Assembly (NCBI GenBank): GCA_963723955.1
Contig: CAVRSU010000013.1
Location: 230,893 to 294,892 of the forward strand
Direction: 5' to 3'
Source of the DNA: an uncultured delta proteobacterium
GTDB taxonomy: Bacteria; Myxococcota_A; Polyangia; Fen-1088
Length of the DNA: 64,000 bases
The translations under genes and the position numbers were made by a program. Shown piece by piece: positions 10,520-21,091 of the stretch (position 1 is the stretch's first letter; each line of letters starts with the position of its first letter). The notes beneath the pieces are model-generated. The model was not told where the DNA came from, ran no database searches, and saw nothing but the letters and a program-made list of their open reading frames with translations.

Positions 10520-10601
10520 GAGATGCTCCCTGGATACTTGTACCATGAACAGTCCCAACCGCCCCGCGGTGGCTGACGAGCCCCCGCGGAGGTTCTGTTT
10601 G
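10520..10601 (-). promoter_or_regulatory. putative yefM-yoeB promoter/operator region containing a GTAC-centred palindrome and repeat copy B
   Basis: upstream of the RBS lies GGTACAAGTATCC, reminiscent of TGTACA operator hexads of yefM-yoeB loci; repeat copy B 10552-10601. Confidence 0.35.
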
Positions 10602-10609
10602 GCCTTTGG

Positions 10610-10648
10610 CCCCAAAAGAAAACGCCCAGTCCGCTTGGGCTGGGCGTT
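10610..10648 (-). terminator. rho-independent terminator of the porin-like gene
   Basis: on the minus strand ACGCCCAG-CCCAAGCGGA-CTGGGCGT followed by TTTCTTTTGG, 18 nt after the stop at 10666. Confidence 0.6.
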
Positions 10649-10665
10649 CTTCCGAAGTCGAAGGG

Positions 10666-12083
10666 CTAGAAGTAGAACGAAAAGCGGAGGCGGACGCTGT
10701 ACATCTCGTCGTCGTAGGAGAGTGGTACGTCCGTATTCCAATGGCCGCGCGCGTAGCCGGCCACCAGCTTGATGTAGAGCTGCTGGAGCGCCACATACTG
10801 GATGGCCACGAAGTTCTGGACCTGCCAATAGTCGTCCACTTGAGGGTTGTGGAGATTGTTCTGATCCACGTAGTGCGTATAGACCGAACCCACGCCGAAG
10901 ATGACCGGGTGCTTGGAGCTCCCGTTCGAGACGTTGGCGAATCCGCCGAAACTGGTCCGTGTGAGACTGCCAGTGGTGTCTAGCTCATTGTCGCTCTTTA
11001 TGCTCCAAATGGTCCCCTGGGCGGCATTAAGCCCGAACTCGATGTGAGGCAGGAAGACGAACTGGATGCCGCCGCCGATGCCCTTACTTGTTTGGTCGGT
11101 CTTGTCGAGCGCAGGGTTCTGCGAGTCTCGGTGCTGATACTCTGCAGCGGCCTTGAGCTTGAGCCAGCCCAGGTCGAAGATAGCCACCGGACGTGTGGCG
11201 AGCACGCGGTAGCCGCCGGTTTGGCTGCCCCCGAGCCCAATAGCTCGAAGCGCAGATAGCGGAAAGGATAATAGTGGAAGGCCGCGTTGCCCATAGCGCC
11301 TAGCGGGCGGTACTGGTTGTCGGTAACGCCGTAGAATTGGGGGTTGTAGTTGTCACCCGGGCCGAAGGCGCCGCCGCGCTCGAAGGTGTTGAGGTCGAGC
11401 CCCATGCCAAGGTGAAAGACCTCCCAGCCCTCGTAGCGTCCGATCGTGAAATCCCACTTGTTCCACTGGCCGATGCGCAACCACAGATCGTCTGTATCGG
11501 CACCGCCGGCCACCTGCCGCTGGATAGTCTGATCCTCGGTGCCGACAAGCTCGGCCTGGCCCTGGACGAACCAATCACCGCCTAGGGAATAGGTGGGCGT
11601 GACACGCAGTACGAGACGCGCCTGTTGTATCCAGTAGGCGATTTGGTCCGTGCTCAGCTTCGGGTTGGGCCCCCACGGGGCGAACTTCTCGTAGGAGGTG
11701 TCCACCCAACCCCAGCCAGATACGCCGAGGACGAAGCGCGAGCCGTTCTTCGTTGCTGGCATGTAGGGCCATTGCAGACCGTGAAAGGTCAGCCACATCG
11801 ATCCGTAAGGTAGCCCTCGGGTCACAGGCTCGGGGTAGGTCGACGGTGGCAAGCGCTGAATACCGACTTCCGTGATGGAGGCTGGATCCGGCGCTACTTG
11901 CGGCTCGTCCGCCGATGTCGGAGCGGCCGGGGCGGTAGAGTCCGCCTCGGCACCATCAGGGGCTGGCTGCGAGGCGCTGGTCGCCTTGGGCTCGGCAGCG
12001 AGCGCCACCGTGGACGAAGCAAGAAGCAGCGACAAGGCAACAACGGCGGACGAGGACTTGGCGAATGAAGATCGTGTTGTCAT
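10666..12083 (-). pseudogene. outer-membrane beta-barrel porin-like protein split by a frameshift near 11205-11260; possibly sequencing error
   Basis: N-terminal part ORF 10998..12107 (signal MTTRSSFAKSSSAVVALSLLLASSTVALA from ATG 12083); C-terminal part ORF 10666..11205 ends RLRFSFYF (C-terminal Phe typical of OMPs). Confidence 0.55.
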
Positions 12084-12118
12084 GGGATTGATCCGATGGA
12101 CGTTCATGTCGAGCCTTC

Positions 12119-14663
12119 CTAGTAGCTGCTGGAGGCTGTTTGATAGCCGCGTACGGTGACGGGGCCCGTCAGTGGAAGGTTGGTGGCGCTACCACCGACC
12201 ATGATGGTGATGTCGCCGTCTTCCACGACCCACGCCTGCTTGTCCTGGTCGTAGTAGTCGAGATCCTTCAGTCGGACGGGAATCAAGACCTGCTTGGTCT
12301 CGCCGGGCGCAAGGCTCACGCGGGCGAATCCCTTGAGCTCCTTGATGGTGGTCCGCCGGGAGGCTTTGCTGTTCGGGAAGGAGACGAAAAGCATGACGAC
12401 CTCGTCGCCGGCGACGCTGCCGGTGTTGGTCACATCCGCATAGACGGGCAGGACAGCGCCTTGGCTCATGTCCGAGCAGCCGATCTGCAGGTTGCCGTAC
12501 GAGAAGGTCGTGTAGCTCAGGCCATATCCGAACGGGAAGACCGGCGTCTTGTTGTTCACATCGAAGTAGCGATAGCCGAGCCAGTAGTCGGCGTTCGTCT
12601 TGCCGTTGGCGCCCGTGAATGCTGGATACTGGCTCAGCTGCCCCCACGTGAAGGGCAACTTGCCACTGAAGTTGTACTGGGTCCCTTGGTACTCGCCCCA
12701 GAGCAGCATGCCCATGGCCTCGCCACCGACCATGCCCGGATACCAGGCCATGACCACTGCCGGAACCTGATCCGATCCAGCCAGGGCAGGTCGATGACGC
12801 TGCCGCCTTCAAGCACGACCACCATGGGCTTGCCGAGCGCGGCTACCGAGGTAATGAGGGTGTTCTGAATGCCGATGTAGCGGGCATCCGTCTGTTTCGC
12901 ATCCAGCGCGAAGCTCGCGCGATCGCTAGCCAGGGTGTAGTCCTCGCCCTCATCCTCGGCGGTAAGGCCGGCGATGACGACGACGAAATCGGCGGAGTTG
13001 ACTGCGCTGTCGCTTCCGATGTTCTTGGCAGCGTCTACGCTGTCGATGGGAGCGGTGCTGGTCACAACGCTGACGTTGGCCGGCGCCGTCTTCTTGATGC
13101 CGTCGAGGGGGCCAACCACCGTGGTCGGATCGGCAAATGCACGGCTCGATCCCATATCACCAGTACGAATCTCGGTTGGCGAAATTGACGGAGGTGCTCG
13201 TGAGATCTGTGCCGTTGTTCTTGCTCTTGTACGGCACGGTGACGCCCAAAACCGCCACCTTGCCGAACGAGTGGCTCATGGGCAACGTGTTTTTGTCGTT
13301 CTTGAGCAGAACCATGCTCTCCACCGCGGCTTTCCTCGACAAGTCGACGTGGCCGTCGCAGCCGCTGTAGACGATTCTGCTGTTGGCATAGCTGGTCTTC
13401 GGTGAGCCGAGCCCGTAGGTGTCCCTTGCTGAGATCCCAGGAATCGAAACGGAACTTCTGCATCAGGACGCGCGTGGCAGCGGCGTCGATGTCAGCCTGC
13501 TTCAAACCGCCATTGGTCTGGACGATGCTTTCGAGCATACAATAGTTGAGCGACCAGGGCAGCTCGACGTCCAAACCGGCCGCTACACCCTTGATCGCAT
13601 TGGCCTCGTAGAAGGTCGGAGGTCTGCTGGTATCCGTTTGCGGATCCATGGCCCACCAATCGCTCAGAACGAAGCCCTGGAACCCGAAGTCGGTGCGCAG
13701 AATATCCGTGAGCGTGGTGTGATTCACGGTGGACTTTTGATCGTTGACCTGGTTGTAGGAGGCCATGACCGAGGCCACGCCACCGTCCTGGACTACCATG
13801 CGGAAGTGTCGGCCGTAGGTCTCCCGCATCGTCTGTTGGTCGAGCAGCATGTCGTTGAAATCGCGGTTGGCCTCGATGTCATAGGCCATGAAGTGCTTGG
13901 CGTTGGCGGCGATGTGTTGCTGGACGCCCACGGTCATGGCCGAGGATAGGCGGCCGATATGGAACGCGTCCTCGCCGTAGGTCTCTTGGGCGCGGCCCCA
14001 GAGGGGGTGGCGAAGGATATTCATGCACGGCGCGAGCAAGAGCGTCTCGTTGGCAGCCATCATCTCGTCGCCGATGGCTTCGCCAATGGCGAACTCGAGA
14101 TCAAGGTCGAAGGCCGCGCCACGGGACATGCTGACCGGGAATACCGTCGAGTACCCGACCGGCGTAGTGCTTCCCGGCTGGAACCCGGCGTTCGGTCGGA
14201 TGCCGCTCATGTCTTCTGCAAGGTTCATTCCGCGCGAGGCATCGCGGTAGTGGAACCCGCGAATCGTCGCCGTATCCTGGCTGCGCTGGGTGTCGCCCAT
14301 TTGGGTTACACCGGATGCGCCATAGTTGGTCCCGCGCATCTGCTGGGCCTTGTCGTAGAGGCTCATCGTTGCAATCAAGTTGTTCACGGCCTTCTGGTCG
14401 TCTCCATTGGGCGTGTAGCCGTCCGTGTACGGCAAACGAAGCGTGGCGTTCGAGGCACTGCAGCTGATAGGGGTCACCACTACGTAAGGCGCGCTGCCAC
14501 CCCCATCGCCGCCGCCGCCGCCCCCGCCCGAGCCTGTGCAGGTACCAACGGTACCTGCAGTACTTCCCGTGTACGCCGGAGGAGGGGAGAGGGAGCAGGC
14601 TGATGCGGCCAAGAAGCCAACGGCCAAGAGGGGGAGAAGCTTAGGTGACGTCGAATTCGGCAT
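12119..14663 (-). pseudogene. glycoside hydrolase family 3 beta-glucosidase (BglX-like) lipoprotein split by three frameshifts (near 13350, 13156, 12770); possibly sequencing error
   Basis: GH3 N-domain in ORF 13062..14714 (from ATG 14663, MPNSTSPKLL), then MVLLKNDKNTLP (13157..13342), then ORF 12634..13155, then MVMAWYPGMVGGEAMG...FPFGYGLSYTTF (12119..12757). Confidence 0.75.
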
Positions 14664-14813
14664 GGAGACTCCTCTATCGGGGCAGCAGCGTTTTCTCAGG
14701 AACGCCGTTCGCAAGGCAAGGGTGACAAGGTTGAAGATCCTCGATCAATGGCCATACGCAGATTGCATACATAAATGATGAAAACAGAACCGTCGAATCG
14801 CTCTTGCCGCAGG

Positions 14814-15542
14814 CTAGAACCTCACGCCACCGCCCAATGCGACACGGATGTACTTGGTGCTCGTCGTGAGGGTATTTGCCCCTGACGCCCACTTCTGATA
14901 GCCGATTTGGTAGCCTCCGCCGACGTTGACGAAGATCCGGTCCGTCATCTGCATGGCGGCACCCAGACCAAACGCAATCACGAATCCCTTGGGACCCGAG
15001 TCGGTGGTAACGAGCGAGTATCCCGGCAGCACCTCGGCATAGACCATCGTGCCCTCCACGACCTGGATCTCGCCCGCCACACGCGCCATGAGATCGTATT
15101 CCCTGACAGCGGGGACGGGCGGAGTGGCCGCCTTTTCCTTCACGTTGAAGATCGCCTGCGGTGCCAAGCCGACGACCAGATGAGGTATGACCTGGTAGCC
15201 GACCGAGAGACCCAAGCCATAGGCAAAAGCGGCGTCTGTGGTGACGGTCGTGAGCGGGTTGGGCGAATTGGTCCACTTACCCAGGGCCATCGGCAAGAAC
15301 GCCAAACCAACCTGGAACTTGTGCTGCGACGCTTCGGGATCAGGCGTCAGCGCGACGGCCACGCTCTCAGCAGGCGGAGCAGCGGTGGTGGTGGCAGACG
15401 CGGGCGCTGGGGCAGCGGCCGCGTCGCCGGCAGGCGGGGCAGGCGCGGCAGCCGTATCCGCCTCGGTAGCGGTTTCTTCAGCGCGGGCCGAAGAGGCCAG
15501 CGCGAACAGGGTCAGACCAACGAGGGTGCTTACTTTGCGCAT
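14814..15542 (-). CDS. small outer-membrane beta-barrel protein
   Basis: ORF 14814..15848, start ATG 15542 (MRKVSTLVGLTLFALASSARA signal); Ala/Pro-rich linker; C-terminus ...RVALGGGVRF. Confidence 0.6.
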   Translation of the reverse strand: MRKVSTLVGLTLFALASSARAEETATEADTAAAPAPPAGDAAAAPAPASATTTAAPPAESVAVALTPDPEASQHKFQVGLAFLPMALGKWTNSPNPLTTVTTDAAFAYGLGLSVGYQVIPHLVVGLAPQAIFNVKEKAATPPVPAVREYDLMARVAGEIQVVEGTMVYAEVLPGYSLVTTDSGPKGFVIAFGLGAAMQMTDRIFVNVGGGYQIGYQKWASGANTLTTSTKYIRVALGGGVRF

Positions 15543-15844
15543 CTCTCTTCTCTTTCGTTCGTTTGGGGAGGTTCCGTCAAGCGCGAGAATCGTATCCAAT
15601 GCGTTTAATCGCAAGGGCAAAAATGCGACGCTTGCCGGTAGCTTCGTGGCGCGCATTCTGGGTCGAATCCGCCGTCCAAGGAGGCTAGGAAAGCCGAACA
15701 ATAGACCAGAACCGGGAGCACTAGCTAGGCTTTCAGCTTCCTTGCACCATGCCATCGGGCGATCGCCCGTGGGGTCCGGATTGTTCGGATAGGTGGTCTC
15801 GTCCAGACAGCGTAGGACGCCCGAGGATCGATTCATCGATCGCT

Positions 15845-17518
15845 TCATCGGGCATAGATCTCAAGCTCGCCAGCTGCGAAGATGCGATGATAACTTTCGG
15901 GGATCATGGGCCGTGCTTCGGGGGGAATGGCCCAGGTAAGCAAGTGGCTGAAACGGGGTTCCGCTTGCCGCCAGAAGGCGGTCCACAGCTCGCGCCAGGC
16001 CGTTGTACAAGCCTCGTCGACGGGGAGAAGACCGAGGATTTTGCACACCTGCGCTGGGGTTCCGTCCAGCTCGGCGAATCGGTCCAGGGCCGGCGGGATA
16101 AGCGCGCGTGGAGGGAAGTCCAGGTAGGTGATGGGGTAAGAGCGTTCGACCGCGAAGACCAGCGGCGCCGACGTGTCTTTGAGCACCGTGTAGTAGGCCC
16201 AGGCGTGGGTCAGGCTGGCCGTGAAATCGCTGGTTTTTCTGTGCTTGAACAACAACGGAAGCAGCGTGGCTTGCGCCGGTACGGCATCCATTCCGGCCGT
16301 GAATTCAGCTCGGTCGTGGTCCAGCCGCACATAGTCGATGCCCATGACGGCCGAAAAGGACAGCGCACAAGCCACGAGCCCTACCGCGGCCGGCCGAGCC
16401 AGTTTGGTCGGAAGCCGCAAGGCAAGCCCTGCCCACAGGAACGGAACCAGCCGGCAGTTGAGATACCACCAATTGCTCAGCATCAGGGGCAAAACGACGT
16501 AGGCGGCGGCAAGTAGCGCCATGGCCAGCGTCGAGAAGAACGGGCGCACCTCGCGCCCATCGGGTGTGGCTCTGTCCGCACGTTGCTTCCAAGCGAAGTA
16601 CGGCAACAGAAGCGCTGGGACGATGGTCATGCTTCCCCACCTCGTGAGAGCGCCGGAGGCATCGAGCCATAAGTGGCCGACGATCTCCAACGGATTGAGG
16701 TAGGCAAACCCGGCCGAGGACACGGCCGAGGTGCGTTCGGCCTTGACCAAGTGCTGCTCTGCAATCGCGAGAAACAGGATCCCCGCCGGCGCCAGCGGCG
16801 ACAGCAGTGCGAGGCCGGCCCTGACTCTTGCCTGCCAGGTGGACCGACTGGCGACGTGTACGGCGACGAGCCCACCCACGACGGCAAGTGGAAACGGGTG
16901 TGCGTACCAGAGCACCCCCGAGAGAACAGCGATGCAAAGGCCGCGCATCAGAGTTGGGCGCTCCCGCTGCCGATCGAGCACGGTCAACAGGATCAGCGAA
17001 AGTGCAAATGCGAACGCGAAGTTCAACATGCCCATGGAAATCCAGAAGCCATGCACCAGGGGCCAGACGAAGAGCATCGCGACCAGCAGGCTGCGCCGGC
17101 CGGCAAAGTGGAGCACGAAGAGTGGGAGGGCCAGCGCATTTGCGGCCAAGACGATGGCGGTGAAGACCCGCGCAGCCCCGAATAGGCCGTGGCTGCCTGC
17201 CACGTAGAACCAGAGCGTGAGGAGGGAATTCGATTTGAGAAAACCGTTGAACACGTACTGGGGATAGAGGTCGGGATGGGCGATGATGTGTGCGGTGGCG
17301 ACGTGATTGGGTAGGTCCTGAAACGGCGGCAGATCCACGAGCAAGAGCGGCCACGCGGCCAGGACAAAGAGCAGCAGCGCCACGAGCAGGGCCAGCCCTG
17401 CGTCCGAAAGACCCACAAGCCATTCCACGAGTCGATGGATACGGCCCCCACGGGAGGATTCGCTGCGCACGGAAGATGGGCTGGGTCGAAACTCGATCAC
17501 CATGGCAGTGTACATCAT
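15845..17518 (-). CDS. polytopic integral membrane protein, possible GT-C-type glycosyltransferase / DUF2079-like
   Basis: 557 aa with more than 12 predicted TM helices; ATG 17518; divergent from the GT-C gene at 17611. Confidence 0.5.
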   Translation of the reverse strand: MMYTAMVIEFRPSPSSVRSESSRGGRIHRLVEWLVGLSDAGLALLVALLLFVLAAWPLLLVDLPPFQDLPNHVATAHIIAHPDLYPQYVFNGFLKSNSLLTLWFYVAGSHGLFGAARVFTAIVLAANALALPLFVLHFAGRRSLLVAMLFVWPLVHGFWISMGMLNFAFAFALSLILLTVLDRQRERPTLMRGLCIAVLSGVLWYAHPFPLAVVGGLVAVHVASRSTWQARVRAGLALLSPLAPAGILFLAIAEQHLVKAERTSAVSSAGFAYLNPLEIVGHLWLDASGALTRWGSMTIVPALLLPYFAWKQRADRATPDGREVRPFFSTLAMALLAAAYVVLPLMLSNWWYLNCRLVPFLWAGLALRLPTKLARPAAVGLVACALSFSAVMGIDYVRLDHDRAEFTAGMDAVPAQATLLPLLFKHRKTSDFTASLTHAWAYYTVLKDTSAPLVFAVERSYPITYLDFPPRALIPPALDRFAELDGTPAQVCKILGLLPVDEACTTAWRELWTAFWRQAEPRFSHLLTWAIPPEARPMIPESYHRIFAAGELEIYAR

Positions 17519-17610
17519 CCGGCCACGACCACGGCCACGGCCCTCTGCGGCTATCGCGGGATTACTGGGTCGGAGCTGTGATATAGCCTTCGTCCACCAG
17601 GCATTCCAAG

Positions 17611-19131
17611 ATGCAGCACGATGACTACAAGCGGCCGATTGAGCCGCGTACCCGCCACGCCCACGCGAATTCCCTCTATTTCGTGGTACTCGCTACTGCG
17701 GGTTTCTTCCTTGCGCGCATACCCGTGCTTTTGCATCGGCTTTTCGATTCCGATGAATTTCAACATTCGCATGCGGCCTGGTGTGTATTCAAGGGAATGG
17801 TCCCTTACAAGGACTTCTTCGAACATCACACGCCCTGGTACTACTACGCGCTAAGTCCCTTCTTCCATTGGTTCGACGTGGACCTCTCCTTTGAAAGCGC
17901 GAGACACTTCCTGATCTTCGGCCGAGGCCTGTCACTGGTTCTGGCCATACTGTCGGTTCTCCTCATCATCTTGATCGGACGCCTCTGGGAGGATCGCAGG
18001 GTAGGGCTTCTGGCAGGTCTATTTCTTGTGAGTCAGCCCGTCTTCCTGCAGAAGACGGTCGAAATACGTCCCGATGTGCTCGCTTCTCCGTTCTTCCTGG
18101 GCGGTCTTTGGTTTCTGCTTCGCGGACTTGCCCGAATTTCGGATGGGGCGGATGGGGCAAGGAGAAGTGCTCGACTTTTCCTCGGAGCGGGGCTGAGCCT
18201 CGGGGCTGCCATCATGTGCACGCAGAAGATGCTCTTCGTCCTCCCCGGCATGCTCGCAGGCCTTTGCATCTGGGCACTGTTTACTGGTTCCCCCAACAGA
18301 ACCCAATCTGGGCTTCGCGCTCGCATCCTTTCGATCGCAGTTTTTCTGCTGGGTATTGGCGTTCCGGCTGCATTGACCTGGGCCGTGTTCGCTTTTCATC
18401 ATGCCGGCCATGAGTTCATTGCGAATAACTTCCTTCTCAATTCCAGTTGGACGCACGCCGCACACGAGCAGCTCCTCAAAGTGCTTGAAGGCAGTTGGCC
18501 TATCCTAGTGCTGTCGCTATTGGGAGCTTCCGTATCTCTCTACCACTTCTTCCGCTCCGAGCAGGGGCAGTACGGGGGATTCGTGCTCTTGTGCACCTTG
18601 TTTGGACTCATCGCCGGAATCCTCGTCGTCCCCGTGGCGCACAGACAGTACTACCTAATACCGTTGCCAATAGCCTGCTTGTTTGCCGCCCAGGGGCTGT
18701 ACTTCCTTGTCGAACGAGCCCAGGAACGTGCACGCGCCTGGCTTCTCGTTCTTGCAACGATCCCCTTGGCGGTACTACCAGTTGTCGACCTGCGAGAAGC
18801 CCTCACGTTGCGAAACGATCAGCAACTCGCAAGACTGCGCTATGTCTTTGAAAGTACGAAACCAACGGATCTGGTGATGGACGGCTGGGAAGGGACGGGG
18901 GTATTTCGTCCACACGCGTTCTACTACTACTTCCTTCATGACGAATCCGTGGAAATGCTTCCGCGAGAGCGGGTGGATGCCTACCTGGACGCCCTGGAAA
19001 GCGGCATGATTCGGCCGAGACTGATTGCCATGGACGATCACGTCACTTTGCTGGGGTCGAGGTTCTTGAGGTTCGTCAACGCCAACTACATCAGCAAGGA
19101 CGGCTTCTTCTACTTCTCCAGGAACCCATAG
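17611..19131 (+). CDS. GT-C family glycosyltransferase (ArnT/PMT-like, GT39/GT83)
   Basis: ATG 17611; first periplasmic loop DSDEFQHSHAAWCVFKGMVPYKDFFEHHTPW typical of polyprenyl-phosphate-sugar dependent GT-C transferases; about 11 TM helices. Confidence 0.7.
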   Translation: MQHDDYKRPIEPRTRHAHANSLYFVVLATAGFFLARIPVLLHRLFDSDEFQHSHAAWCVFKGMVPYKDFFEHHTPWYYYALSPFFHWFDVDLSFESARHFLIFGRGLSLVLAILSVLLIILIGRLWEDRRVGLLAGLFLVSQPVFLQKTVEIRPDVLASPFFLGGLWFLLRGLARISDGADGARRSARLFLGAGLSLGAAIMCTQKMLFVLPGMLAGLCIWALFTGSPNRTQSGLRARILSIAVFLLGIGVPAALTWAVFAFHHAGHEFIANNFLLNSSWTHAAHEQLLKVLEGSWPILVLSLLGASVSLYHFFRSEQGQYGGFVLLCTLFGLIAGILVVPVAHRQYYLIPLPIACLFAAQGLYFLVERAQERARAWLLVLATIPLAVLPVVDLREALTLRNDQQLARLRYVFESTKPTDLVMDGWEGTGVFRPHAFYYYFLHDESVEMLPRERVDAYLDALESGMIRPRLIAMDDHVTLLGSRFLRFVNANYISKDGFFYFSRNP

Positions 19132-19698
19132 CGTGGGCTTTAGCGATGCGGCGTTGCAGTGGGCAAGCGAACGCGCTGCTTACACGAGGCGCAGAACTGG
19201 GTCGACTTGAGGTCGATGTCCTCGACGTAGGTCGAGCTTCGCATCACGCACACGGATTGGTTGCAGTGAACCAGCCCGCAGGTGTGGCCAAGCTCGTGAA
19301 TGGCCTCCTTGGCCAGTCGATCGAGCAGCAACCGGTGGTTGGCAGGCAGGCCGTATAGAGAATTGTCCAGCCGGTAAGTCGAAACCACCGCCGCACGGCC
19401 CGCCAGCTGCGCTTCGCCGAAGACATAGGTAAGGATGGGAATGAACAAATCCACGCCCGCTATGCCAAGGATGCGATCGTCGCTTGCCACCGATTCGGCG
19501 AGCAGACTCGCGAGCAAATCGGTCGAATTGTATTGGCCGCGCGAGCTGTCGAACGAGAGCTCGGGATCGAAGCGAAGGGGACGCACGGTTACGGTCGCCG
19601 AGAAGACGCGGCCGATCTGTGCGCTGACGTGATCGAGCAGCGGCGGTTGGCTCGGCAGGCAGATGGGGACAAGCTGAACCACCGACACGGCCGTGGGC

Positions 19699-21090
<1,392 letters not shown>

Positions 21091-21091
21091 G

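Noticed and set aside
10606-10648. Repeat copy B hairpin as the terminator of a plus-strand gene
   Set aside because: No convincing plus-strand gene ends upstream of it. It is treated as a repeat/operator region instead. The adjacent ACGCCCAG hairpin is the minus-strand porin terminator.
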